NCBI RefSeq assembly: GCF_006345805.1
Contig: NW_021836418.1
Location: 1 to 24,275, forward strand
Direction of reading: 5' to 3'
Length of the DNA stretch: 24,275 bases
From: Octopus sinensis
Taxonomy: Eukaryota
The notes beneath the pieces were generated by a model, which had not been told where the DNA came from, made no database searches, and was given only the letters and a program-made list of their open reading frames with translations. Positions 9,505 to 20,500 of this stretch are shown in pieces (within the stretch, counting starts at the first letter, position 1; each line of letters begins with the position of its first letter). The position numbers and the translations under genes were made by a program.

Positions 9505-10361
9505 ACTTCATGGGATATACTGAATGGCACATCTAATTTCATGGAGGAAATAACGTTTATTATCTTTTTTTTTATTAGTGAAGGTTCGATGATCATCCAT
9601 GTTTCAATCCGCCCGCTTCCCAAAAAGAGATTATCTGTACCTAAGCCGTCCTTAGGTGAAGTTAAACCTCCTCGTGTCTCAAATACGTGTCCAAGAGAGT
9701 AAATTGTGAAATCCTTATATTCAGACATGAACATAATATGTAGTAATATATATGTGTATGTGTGTATGTATATGTGCTTATAAATGTATGTGTAGGCTTT
9801 TATATCTAAGGCCATTTATTTATAACTTCAGTCCCATTCATAACGAGCGAAGATTCTGAGCAATCTCCTTTTGTTACTTATTCTCTCTCCTCTCCATGGC
9901 AAGTTCATCATTTTTACCAAATTCTTACGTAACATTTAGCAAAATTCTCGCATTATACCAACACAATCAAAGTCTCTGTCTAGGAATTTTGAGATACAAA
10001 GCTGCGGTCAATTATATATTCTCAAAGAGTAATCAATCGAAATCAATTTCTTTTTAACTTAAACTATATAGAACCCTGCAATTTTTGTATGGTACACATT
10101 TTAACGATCTCTATTTGTCGAATGTCTTGCTCTTTCTTTTTGGTGGCAAAGACATATGGTGATTTGTGTAGAATACAATTTGTGTGTATATAATGACTTC
10201 CGTAGAATAGATATCTTCTGCCTTTGGTTGTAGGGCCATGGTTCGAGAGCACCAGAGTATTCAGGAGAGTAGAACCGCCTCCCAGCCGCTGTTGTTTCCT
10301 GGTCTTCTCTGACACGGAGCAAAAGCACTTGCTAGGGTTCTGGTTATTGTTTAAGCAGCAT

Positions 10362-10572
10362 GTCAAATTTTGGCCCAAGATCAGCAAGTTTGGGGAAGGG
10401 AGTGAGTCGATTACATTTAGCTCAGAGTTCAATTGGTACTCATTTTATCGACCCCAAAAGAGTAAAAGGCAAAGTCGACCTCGGTAGTATTTGAACTCAA
10501 AACGTAAAGACGGACGAAATGCCGCTAAGCATTTTGCTCGGCATTATAAGTATTCAGCCAGTTCGTCACCCT
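10362..10572 (-). mobile_element. Older, diverged monomeric SINE of family C
   Basis: aaggcaaagtcgacctcggtagtatttgaactc and ttatcgacccc match the family C unit. A degenerate head lies at 10520-10572, and the 3' end differs from that of the arrays. Confidence 0.75.
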
Positions 10573-10974
10573 TAGCTTGTCAATATGTTGCTTCCGGAAG
10601 TTCATCACAGGCACCCGAACGGACCCAGAGTAGACCAGGCCCTTCTGCTCTTTAGCTGCTGATCTAAGAGAAGGTAACTCCATACAAAACTTGAGTCTTT
10701 ATAGCTACTAGTTTTCTGGCATTTGTTGTACCAGTGTAATACACACTTGAGAACGAGTGATTGCGACTGGGTGTGCACATACTCACTATATATCCTGCAG
10801 GTTATCCAGCATACCAACCCATTAGAGCGAAAATATTATCATACTTTCTTCATAAGTGCAGTGGCGATCGGTAAAGGATGTTACTGGATGTCTTCAGCTG
10901 CAGGTAGAGCGATGAACGAGTTCACCTTATCTTGCTGCAACTTCATCAGTCGTAGGGAGAAGAGAGTCCGTTTA

Positions 10975-11010
10975 TATACATACATACATACAAATACATA
11001 CATACATACA

Positions 11011-11067
<57 letters not shown>

Positions 11068-11094
11068 GTATGCATGTATGTATGTTTATGTATG

Positions 11095-11145
<51 letters not shown>

Positions 11146-11148
11146 ATA

Positions 11149-11180
<32 letters not shown>

Positions 11181-11185
11181 ATATA
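10975..11185. repeat. Compound (CATA)n-(TA)n-(TATG)n-(TCTA)n microsatellite
   Basis: Directly visible. Confidence 0.95.
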
Positions 11186-11251
11186 GGAAAAATTTTCGAT
11201 AAAATCTTATCAATGGCCAGCATATTAAAAAAATACCTTTCAAGGTTAAAT

Positions 11252-11410
11252 TTATAAGCAAGGCAAAAGAAAGAAATTTCAATGCCAAATATGCCGAAAT
11301 AGACTTAATCGTCAATAAATTTTATAGTGAGAAATTACATAGTTATTGACGATTAAGTCTATTTCGGCATATTTGGTATTGAAATTTCTTTGTTTTGCCC
11401 TTGTTTATAA
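11252..11410. repeat. Near-perfect long inverted repeat (67/68-bp arms, 24-nt loop)
   Basis: Left arm 11252-11318 and right arm 11343-11410 differ by 3 substitutions and one 1-nt indel. The inner 34 bp are perfect. Confidence 0.95.
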
Positions 11411-11413
11411 GTT

Positions 11414-11586
11414 GTGTGTGGTAAGTAGCTTGCTTACGAACCACATTGTCCGGGTTCAGTACCACTGCGTGGCACCTTGGGCAAGTGTCTTCTACTATAG
11501 CCTCGGGCCGACCAAAGCCTTGTGAGTGGATTTGGTAGACGGAAACTGAAAGAAGCCCGTCGTATATATGTATATAAATATATATA

Positions 11587-11617
<31 letters not shown>

Positions 11618-11838
11618 GTATGTGTGTCTATACGTTTGTGTGTCTGTGTTTGTCCCCCCTCCCCCAACATCGCTTGACAACCGATGCTGATGTACTTAGC
11701 GGTTCTGCAAAAGAGAAACCGATAGATTAATTACAAGGCTTACAAAAAATAAGTCCCGGGGTTGATTTGCTCGACTAAAGGCGGTGCTCCAGCATGGCCG
11801 CAGTCAAATGACTGAAACAAGTAAAAGAGTAAAAGAGT
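11414..11838 (+). mobile_element. SINE family A, copy A3 (slightly 5'-truncated)
   Basis: Starts tgtgtggtaagtagcttgcttacgaaccac, has the internal microsatellite at about 11562-11640, and ends in the tail gtaaaagagtaaaagag. Confidence 0.9.
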
Positions 11839-12044
11839 ATATATATATATATTTGTTCCTATCAGCCTTTGTATCGTCTATCTGTCCTCTATTGCCATCT
11901 TGTTCCATTTTTTATAATCCTATATACGTCTAGCGGCGTACGTACTTTTACTCATATATATAAATATATTAGTTTTAAATATTATTGAAATACAATAGTA
12001 TCACTTTCCAGCCAAATAAAGCACCGTAATGGTAGTATAATAAA

Positions 12045-12661
12045 TAAGAAATAGTGGTACAACAAGGCGCCAATGTTTGCTGGTAATAGCAGTCGATAAC
12101 GATACCACGCTATGTAAAATTTCACAGAAATGTATAGTGACAATGATGTATTCGGGCAGCGAATTTAAAAAAATTTTTCTCTTACCTTTAGGAAAAACAT
12201 CGGAAAAATGGACAACTTAGAATGGATAAACTAGGACCTAAGTTTCAGACTTCCCGAAATACGTTTGTTATCGTAAATTTGATTAGTTCTCATAAAATAG
12301 AGTCACCAGATACGAAATTTTAAAGTATCGCTATGTCTTGCTAGTATATTTTAAAATTTCGTCTCAGGTGAATCTAGCTGATGAAGACTAACCAAATTTA
12401 CAGTAACAAACGTATTTTGGAAAGTCTGAAACTTAGGTCCTAGATTATCCATTCTAGATTACCTATTCAAGGTTGTCCTAGATTATCCATTCTAGGTTGC
12501 CCGTTTTTCTGATGTTCTTCCTAGAGGTACGACGAAAATTTTTAAAGCTCTCTACCCTCATATATCTTTGCCAGTATACATTTCTGTGAAGCTTTATGTA
12601 GCGCCGTATCGTTACCGACAGCTATTTCCAGCAAACAATGGTGCCTTGTTGTACCGTTATT

Positions 12662-12666
<5 letters not shown>
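12045..12666. mobile_element. Outer foldback element (106-bp arms) interrupted at its centre
   Basis: 12045-12150 versus the reverse complement of 12561-12666 aligns without gaps at 89/106 identity (hand count). A single-arm homolog occurs at 17544-17646. Confidence 0.85.
12151..12560. mobile_element. Inner foldback MITE, probably Tc1/mariner-type, flanked by TA
   Basis: Long inverted arms around a spacer at about 12324-12349, including a perfect 22-bp match (12231-12252 with 12422-12443). TA at 12149-12150 and 12561-12562. The right end reads TA-tgagggtag on the minus strand, like mariner cgaggg termini. The right arm carries a 21-bp direct repeat (12437-12457 and 12475-12495). Confidence 0.75.
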
Positions 12667-12704
<38 letters not shown>

Positions 12705-12705
<1 letters not shown>

Positions 12706-12950
12706 TCTTTTATTCTTTTACTTTCTTTTACTTGTGTCAGCCATTTGACTGCGGCCATGGTGGAACACCGCCTAAAAGGGTTTTAGTCGACAATATCGAC
12801 TCCTGCACTTATTCTTTATAAGCCTAGTACTTATTCTATCGATATCCTTTACCGAGCCGCCAAGTTTCAGGGACGTAAACACTAACATTGTCTAAGAAGT
12901 CACGCAATTGGACTGAACCCGGAACCATGTGGTTGGCAACCAAGCTTCTC
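12705..12950 (-). mobile_element. SINE family A, internally deleted copy A4
   Basis: Minus strand reads the head caaccacatggttccgggttcagtcc joined directly to the 3' half (gtgtttacgtccc...ggcggtgttccaccatggccgcagtcaaatgg) and a (TAAAAGA)n tail. The CORE-distal part and microsatellite are missing. Confidence 0.8.
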
Positions 12951-13066
12951 CCAATATATATGAGTTAATATTTGCCGATAAAGCATGTCCACTTTTTATG
13001 GCTACCTAGCGTCATTCACGGTAGTGATTACACAATTGTCGCTGAATTTCTCAGAGTACGTTGAGT

Positions 13067-13277
13067 ATAATACAAATGATGGAGACAGAAAATGGAATAT
13101 ACGTGAAACTTTATTGCTCACAACGATCGTTTCGACACATCCTCCACAGAGGAATGCACCACAAGTAGTTGCATAGTTTCCCACCGGCAAGGAATCGATG
13201 AACAATGTGATGAAACGAACGTTCTGAGCAATAAATTTTCCCGTGTATTCCATTTTACATCTCTATCATTTGTTTTA
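13067..13277. mobile_element. Foldback element/MITE (about 72-bp diverged arms, about 64-bp spacer)
   Basis: aatacaaatgatggaga...tttattgctcacaacgatcgtttcgacacat (13069-13140) is colinear with the reverse complement of 13205-13276. Confidence 0.75.
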
Positions 13278-13311
13278 CACACACACACACCACACACACA
13301 CACACACACAC

Positions 13312-13376
<65 letters not shown>

Positions 13377-13395
13377 ATATTTATATATATATATA
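13278..13395. repeat. (CA)n-(TA)n microsatellite
   Basis: Directly visible. Confidence 0.95.
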
Positions 13396-14039
13396 ATCAA
13401 AACAGGAAATTGGAAAGAAATATTGTTTATTCGCTTTTTTCCTAATCTCCTGTTTTGCTATGTAATTACCCTGCCAAAAAATATCTTCCCTTATTTTTCA
13501 AATTTTACACATGCCTCTCGCAAATTTAGCATCTCCGTACAACATTGGGGGTACTGGAAAAAGCAGATGTGGTTCAAGACGACACAGTTTCTATAATAAA
13601 CCTATCTACACACAGAGACACAAATCGCAAGCGCACGCACACACACACAAACACAACATACACACACAAAATGCACACATTTGTTTGAAGAAACCTAATA
13701 ATGTAACCATAATCAACATCTTTTTCTACTCCAGGCACAAGGCCCAACCATAATCAATAGAGTGTACTTAATACGTATGAGTTAGTAAACGGTACAAAGC
13801 TTCGTCATCCCGTCTAAAGGAGTCTTCTTCAAGGATGCATCAGGTTAAAATGCAAAGAATATCTCACAGCTAGCCGAAACGAAATCGTCCTGGAAGTGAC
13901 CGAGGCAGAGAGAGAAATCCATATTTTGCAGTAATTTCCAGTCTTCATTGTGTGTGTGAGTGTGTGTGTTTGTGTGTGTGTTTACGCAAACTCATAAACG
14001 TAATATTGTTAATGTATATACATACATACGTATATACGC

Positions 14040-14101
14040 ACGTGCATACATAATGCATATTATATATATATATTATATATATATATATATATGTCTGTAT
14101 G

Positions 14102-14183
<82 letters not shown>

Positions 14184-14280
14184 TACATATATATAGATAT
14201 ATATATTATATATATATATACATATATATACATGTATATATGCATATATATATCTACACACACACACACTCACACAAACA
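14040..14280. repeat. (TA)n/(CA)n microsatellite
   Basis: Directly visible. Confidence 0.95.
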
Positions 14281-14524
14281 CACGTTCAAGTTTCCGTTAT
14301 AAATTGATTGTTATTCTGGCTTACTTCGTTTTTCCTGAAGCAAATTACATTTAGAAAAATCAAGCAATGTAAATGGGAAAAAAAATGTAATATTTCTATA
14401 ATTATAACATATATGGGGCATGAACTTTTCTCAAGGCATTTTGCTCTGTTTGAACACCAAGAAACATATTTAATCAAGATCTTCAAGAATTTTTCATCAA
14501 ATGCACCTAAAGTCAATATAAGTC

Positions 14525-14596
14525 AAGTCCAGGATTCGAACTCTGTATTCCATGGTTAAAATACGAGATAACTAACCATACAACCATGCCTTTGCG
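14525..14596 (-). mobile_element. Isolated tRNA-like SINE head remnant
   Basis: Minus strand shows an A-box-like tggttgtatggttag and a B-box gagttcgaatcc at tRNA spacing. No complete cloverleaf. Confidence 0.4.
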
Positions 14597-14979
14597 ATAT
14601 ATGCATACAAAGTCTTGAGGTGTCTGTCAAAAACAGCATAAATGTGTTATACATGTGTGTGTATGTGACAGTTATGTGCACCCATCATTGCTTATTGACA
14701 TATGTGTATGTGAGTGCGTGTGTATGTGTCTGTGTGTGTCAGTGAGTCTTTGTTGAGATGATTGCGTATGTGTTTGTGTGCGCTAGGACATGTCTGTCTT
14801 TTAATATGTGTCTTTTCATGTCTTCGACGAATCTATTCGTTTCTGCAGTAAATGGGAAAGTTACACGAATGTGTAGCGGTGAGAAATACTAAAAACCTTC
14901 CAATGTATTTTTATGTCGCACGTAGGGAGTTTCTTACTTTAGTATGTGTTAATATTGAACATATCAAACATGGCTGTAT

Positions 14980-15028
14980 GACATTTGTATATGCATATAT
15001 GTACATGTATGTAACTGTCTGTGATTGG

Positions 15029-15071
<43 letters not shown>

Positions 15072-15286
15072 TATATATATATTATATATAATGTATTATG
15101 TATTTTATATATGTATATATATATATATATATATATTGCATATATATGTATATATATGTACATATATATGTACATATATATGTATATATATATGTATATG
15201 TATATGTATATATATATACATATATATATGTATGTTATATATATATACATATATGTATATGTATATATATACATATATATGTATGC

Positions 15287-15317
<31 letters not shown>

Positions 15318-15560
15318 GTATATATATTATATATATATAATATGATATATGTCTGTCTGCACGTATGTATGTATGTATATATGGAGGGAGAGACCTATAT
15401 ACAACGTTATAAATTTACATATGCATAACTGTGAGTGCATAAGTATGTGCTTGTGGGTGTGCGTAAGCATCTCTGCGTTCGTGTGTGTGTGCATGTGTGA
15501 GTGTGTGTGCATGTGTGAGTGTGTCTGTGCGTGTGTTTATGCAAATTCATAAATGCGACA
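14980..15560. repeat. Degenerate (TA)n/(TG)n microsatellite block
   Basis: Directly visible. Confidence 0.9.
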
Positions 15561-15709
15561 TTTATGCCTATAAATGGAAGAAGTAAAGAGTGTGATAAAA
15601 ATAATCTTTCTGTATCCATGGAGACATCTTTCATTTGAAATAGATGGGAAAGCGTGTGTCTTTAGGCAGTGGTTTAATTATTTGATTACTTTCTCATCCT
15701 CCTATCGAT

Positions 15710-15983
15710 TATGTATATATGTGTGTATGTATGTAAGTATGTATGTATGTATGCATGTATGTATGTGTGTATGTCTGCATGCATGTATATATGCTTGAAC
15801 TTATGTATATGTATATCCAAGCATTATGTATGTACGTGTGTGTTGTATGTATGGTTTATAGAGATACACGTATCTCACATACATACATATATACATACAG
15901 ATATATATATATATATATTATATATATATAATATATATACTATATATACATCTACATATACACATATACATATATACATACAT

Positions 15984-16024
<41 letters not shown>

Positions 16025-16033
16025 AGAATAGAT

Positions 16034-16099
<66 letters not shown>

Positions 16100-16175
16100 C
16101 AGATAGACAATATATGTGTGTGTAAATTACACATTCACACACACAAGCACACACGCGCGTGCACACACACACACA
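15710..16175. repeat. Compound (TATG)n-(TA)n-(GATA)n-(CA)n microsatellite
   Basis: Directly visible. Confidence 0.9.
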
Positions 16176-16375
16176 GTGCTTCTAAAGACAGACATGGATG
16201 TTGAATGTGGCTAAGAAACTCGATGCCGAGTTAACATATATTTGGTAATATAACGCTGGCAAATGCGGAGATCAATATAATGAAGCAATCCCCTGCCCCC
16301 AAAATATGATTCTTGTGACTATTTTAGAAGCCATATAATAGCTTATACTATTCTCCATAATCTTGGAATAGTCCT

Positions 16376-16377
<2 letters not shown>

Positions 16378-16417
<40 letters not shown>

Positions 16418-16507
16418 ATATTATATATAATATATATATATATATACATGCATCCATACATATCTATATATATACACACACACACAACACACACACACCA
16501 CACACAC

Positions 16508-16541
<34 letters not shown>

Positions 16542-16580
16542 ATTATACATACTGTATGTTTACGTATGTATGTATATAAT
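16378..16580. repeat. (TA)n-(CA)n microsatellite
   Basis: Directly visible. Confidence 0.9.
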
Positions 16581-17334
16581 TCCCTTTTCTGTTAAGGGAA
16601 GATCAGCAAAAAAAAAGCACTCCGTATCGTGAAATATATTGTTTAATATAAAGAGTATATAGTTATGAGGTACTAATAGTTTCACACACTGGAGATTGTA
16701 TCTAGGCAGATTTTAAAATAAACCTAATCTCTCTTCGTAATCTTTAAGCTCTAAGCACATGGCCTATACATGTTACAGATCAGGAGAATTGAACAAGAGA
16801 AATCACGATCATTAAGAAGAGGAAGGTGGATGCAAAATGCGGAAGTATGAACGAAAGGGGTAAAGAAAAGACAAAAAGAACTAATGCAGTTCTGTCCCCT
16901 TTGGCCGTAATGCAATAAAGATAACTGATGTTCAATCAACGGAGGTCTGCATTGCAGCTGCTCAGTCCAGTGAAGGTGGTGTTTTTCAATTCGTTAAAAG
17001 AAGCTTGTCCACATTTTTGCCTTTATGGAATGCAAAATTTCATATCTGAAGTTCAACAGTGCGGTAAAGTTGTTGCGTCTAAAGAGGTTATGTGATCTTT
17101 CGGCAACGAATTGCAAACATATGGCATGGATTTTTCTACGATTTCCCACTTGCAGCTTAGCGGGCAGTTTATCTTAATGGTAAATGGCCGGCGTCTTTAA
17201 GAGATATGGGTTCCAGTCCCATTGCTGTTAACTTAGGAATTTTTCCGGTTTGTAAGGGTAATTTACCCAATGTTCCTGCTCTTCAAATGATGTCTATGCG
17301 TTTGAAAATAAATCATCTTATGTGTATTTTATGA

Positions 17335-17420
17335 TATGTATGCGTGCATGTAAGTGTGTGTATGCATATAGAAATAGATACACAGACAGACAGACAGACA
17401 CACACACACACACACACACA

Positions 17421-17473
<53 letters not shown>

Positions 17474-17478
17474 ATATA

Positions 17479-17514
<36 letters not shown>

Positions 17515-17543
17515 TGAGAGAAAGAGATGAGAGAGAGAGAGAG
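17335..17543. repeat. (CAGA)n-(CA)n-(TA)n-(GA)n microsatellite
   Basis: Directly visible. Confidence 0.9.
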
Positions 17544-17646
17544 TAATGGTACAACAAGGTACTAATGGTTACTGGAAATAGCAGTCGATAAATTTACGAT
17601 GCTATAGTAAAGCTTCACTGTATATATATATATACTGGCAAAGATG
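17544..17646 (+). mobile_element. Single-arm copy of the outer foldback family seen at 12045-12666
   Basis: taatggtacaacaaggtactaatggttactggaaatagcagtcgataa...aaagcttcac...tatactggcaaagat aligns to 12045-12150 and stops at the symmetry axis. Confidence 0.8.
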
Positions 17647-17719
17647 TGTGATATATATATATATATATATATATATAAGAATTAAAATGGAGGACAAGAG
17701 ATGGAACGAACCGACGAAT

Positions 17720-18250
17720 CGATATATATATATATGTATATATATAAAATACAAAATGGGACAAGAACGCAAAACAACCGGACAACTAGGTGATACAAAA
17801 AGGGACAAAACATCCAGATAGGCGATACAAAAAATCAAGGACGGGTCATTTGAATCTTTCTATCCTCAGTCAAGAACTGGATCATCCTCGCAATTTCGGT
17901 TGATTAATCTTGAGATTGCTCCAATCTGGCTAGCCCTAAGGAAAAAACTAACCTAAGAGCATTAGATTCCTTGGAAGAAAGCATCGAATGTATACGAAAA
18001 CAAGGACGGAAAAACAGACGATGCTACACAAATAAAAATACAAAATACATTATAAATAATAATAACAGGACATAACAACAGGTGTCTTTCGACTGGGGAC
18101 GAATTGAATTCAGCTGGTGTGTGTGGAAATGAAGCCTTACGGCAGAGATACAACAATTTCACAAACACAGGGAAGATAATCGATGTTGCACTCACTAAGG
18201 TCAGACCCAAACAGAGAGCTAGCAGTCTGGCCTATCGGTCACGAGAGAAA
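17720..18250. mobile_element. Dispersed octopus repeat fragment, possibly the non-coding terminus of a Penelope-like retroelement
   Basis: Non-microsatellite block (caaaatgggacaagaacgcaaaac...gagattgctccaatctggctagccc...agagcattagattccttggaagaaagc) that I recall as a common octopus repeat. No coding motif is visible, so the class is tentative. Confidence 0.3.
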
Positions 18251-18299
18251 AAGATGAACAAAAGAATTAAGGAGGTGAATGAGAAGAGAGAGAGTTGTA

Positions 18300-18304
18300 G
18301 AATA

Positions 18305-18401
<97 letters not shown>

Positions 18402-18500
18402 AAAGAGAGAGAGATAGAAAGAGAGAGAGAGAGGGAGGGGAGGGACAGACAGAGATACATTCATACATATATACATACATACATACACACATAGATATAT
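18300..18500. repeat. (TA)n-(GA)n-(CATA)n microsatellite
   Basis: Directly visible. Confidence 0.95.
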
Positions 18501-19204
18501 GTGTGATTTGATGAGGTGTTCATGAAAGAGCATTAACCCTTGAAATATGCATATACACACATTACCTATTTTTTTCTATCTTCGCACTGTTTACACAGGC
18601 GTATTCGAATACGAAACGTTGTAACTTCAATGCTGACTCTGAATTCTATCTAAAATCTATACGAATAAACTTAAAAAGTTAGAACGTAGACCAGCAAACA
18701 CGCGCTAAGACACAATATATTCATTTGTAAACCTATAATATATTTGGTAGTATATGATGTTTGCAAAATGAAATGCTTTGCCGTTATATTTCAGGATGGA
18801 CTTCTTTTATTCGTTTGCTAAATAAACACATGTACTATAATTTCGTTCTTCACTCGTTTATTATTATATATTATGCACTTCATTTCATAAAGAAACAATA
18901 TTATACAGTTCATTCTGTTCGTTTTCTCATTCGTCTGATGTCTCGGGCTGTAGAAGCAATGTCTAGCATGAAACTGCTCCCTCGTTGAGAACTCTAAGAC
19001 ATCCAGACCAAAATTTCTGAATTGACAGCAAGTAACCGTCCTAGATTGGCAGGAAAGGAGCGCTGAAGAATTTTACAGCAACTGCATGAATCCAACTCAA
19101 AATGCAAGTGGACGTTACGATAGACTGCATGTGTGATCCGGCACATTATGAATTGTATTATCCGTTGCACTTAAATGCCACACGAATTTTACTGACACAC
19201 GTTG

Positions 19205-19372
19205 ACAGGATAGTGTGCTTAAGAAACTATAGAAACCATACACTTTCGGATTCAGTCCCACTGCGCAGTAATTTGGACGAGTGTCTTCTACTTAGCAACA
19301 GCCAGACCAAAGACTTAAGTGAATTTGGTGATTAGAAATTGTGTTGAAGCCCATTTTGTATACATATGTGCA
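19205..19372 (+). mobile_element. 5' half of an old family A SINE, split by a mariner insertion
   Basis: ggattcagtcccactgcg...gagtgtcttctact...gaccaaagac...gtgaatttggt...gaagccc...gtatacatatgtg matches the family A 5' half up to its internal microsatellite. Confidence 0.7.
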
Positions 19373-20239
19373 CAGAGCACGCTGGGTAAATTGTCGCCAT
19401 TTTATATTTTCAATTTCGCGCATGCCCATTGCCTGTTTTTGATTTTGTCGACTACAAAGTGTAGTAAGGTTAGTTGGACACCGTCTGTAAGAAAAACAGC
19501 AACATGACGCAATTCACTCTGTCAGAAATTTGGAAATAATACCCTGTACTGTTTGGTATTCGCGCCGGATGCTCCAACACATTTCAGAGTGTTTGGGTGT
19601 CAATCTGAGGACATGTACAGACAGTGATAAAAATCAGACATCCAGTCAAAATCATAGCGTTTGGACTGATCAGTATTGATGGCGACGTTATGCCTCCATT
19701 TATCTTCCCACACAGCCCAGACTCAACAATGAGGCCTACATCAAGTGCCTGGAGGAGATAGTACTGCCCTGGGTCAAGAGGGTGGCTTCTGGAAGACCTT
19801 GTACCTAGCAACAGGACTCTGCACCATGCCACCCAAGCAGGAAAACCCAGTCGTGGCTGTCAGACAATTTCGGTGACATCAACCCTTTCATCTGGCCACC
19901 TACCCCCCAATACTTCAACCCCCTTGATTATAATGTAATGGGTGCTGTTGAGCGAGAGACCAACAAAACTCCTTGTGACACCAAAGATGAACTAAAGGCA
20001 AGGATTATGGCAGCATTCACAAACTTAAACAAGGAGACCGTCCAGAAGAATTGCATAAGATTCTGAAGTCGTCTGGAGACCGTCGTTGAAGCCAATGGCA
20101 GTTTTATTGACAAAATTTACTCTTTACTATCTCAAGATATTTTTTTATGTAATTTTGTTAAATATTTCTGTTAAAATGAGACGTCAGTGCTATTTTCATT
20201 TTTGCGTTATTTAGAAGACATTTTATTCACCGCACCCTG
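19373..20239 (+). mobile_element. Internally deleted Tc1/mariner-superfamily DNA transposon (DD37D/maT-like), 867 bp
   Basis: Right TIR ...attcaccgcaccctg followed by TA (20240-20241). Degenerate left TIR cagagcacgctgggtaaattgtc at 19373, preceded by CA. Transposase remnants lie inside. Confidence 0.85.
19504..20112 (+). pseudogene. Tc1/mariner transposase pseudogene
   Basis: N-terminus MTQFTLSEIWK*YPVLFGIRAGCSNT/ISECLGVNLRT, then a deletion removing the first catalytic D region, then KHPV-like IRHPVKIIAFGLISIDGDVMPPFIFPH, a frameshift, and AYIKCLEEIVLPWVKRVASGRPCT*QQDSAPCH...IWPPTPQYFNPLDY...EANGSFI. There are 36 residues between the QQD aspartate (19815) and the PLD aspartate (19926). Confidence 0.9.
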
Positions 20240-20241
20240 TA

Positions 20242-20269
20242 TATGCATGTGTGCGTCTGTATGTGTGCT

Positions 20270-20331
<62 letters not shown>

Positions 20332-20500
20332 TTTGAATGTGGGAAGTGAGTGTGTGTGTTGCCCCCAACAGCGTTGACAATTGGTGCTGACTGGTTTGCA
20401 TCGCCGTAACCTTGCTGTTCGGCAATAGTGGGCCGATAATTAACCACCAGGCTTTAAAAAAAACGAAAGTGCTGGAGTCAAATTCTTCGACAAATTCAAA
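20242..20500 (+). mobile_element. Internal (TG)n microsatellite and 3' half of the split family A SINE
   Basis: (TG)n followed by gcccccaacagcgttgacaattggtgctg...cgtaaccttgctgttcggcaa...ccgataat, homologous to the family A 3' half. Confidence 0.7.

Noticed and set aside
9480-9815. Minus-strand ORF containing HVFETRGGLTSPKDGLGTDNLFLGSGRIETW
   Set aside because: No recognisable homology or convincing splice sites; it starts in a microsatellite and ends in a SINE head.
10064-10432. Overlapping minus-strand ORFs (122 aa and 75 aa)
   Set aside because: The longer one begins inside a family C SINE, and no motif is recognised in either.
12378-12384. CTGATGA hammerhead core
   Set aside because: It lies in the MITE arm as a chance variant (the opposite arm differs), with no stem II or GAAA.
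13790-13895. Hammerhead-like fragments (ttgaagaag...cgaag on minus; cgaaac...gtc on plus)
   Set aside because: Core nucleotides are wrong or missing and the stems do not form.
16779-16844. Possible 66-nt plus-strand exon (IRRIEQEKSRSLRRGRWMQNAE) between cag and gtatga
   Set aside because: Weak polypyrimidine tract, no homology and no partner exon.
17160-17240. tRNA-like A/B-box remnant
   Set aside because: Too degenerate to assign and no SINE body follows.
19000-19180. Gypsy integrase-like phrase RILQQLHES
   Set aside because: Only a short match, with stops and no convincing flanking motifs; it could be chance and needs TBLASTN.
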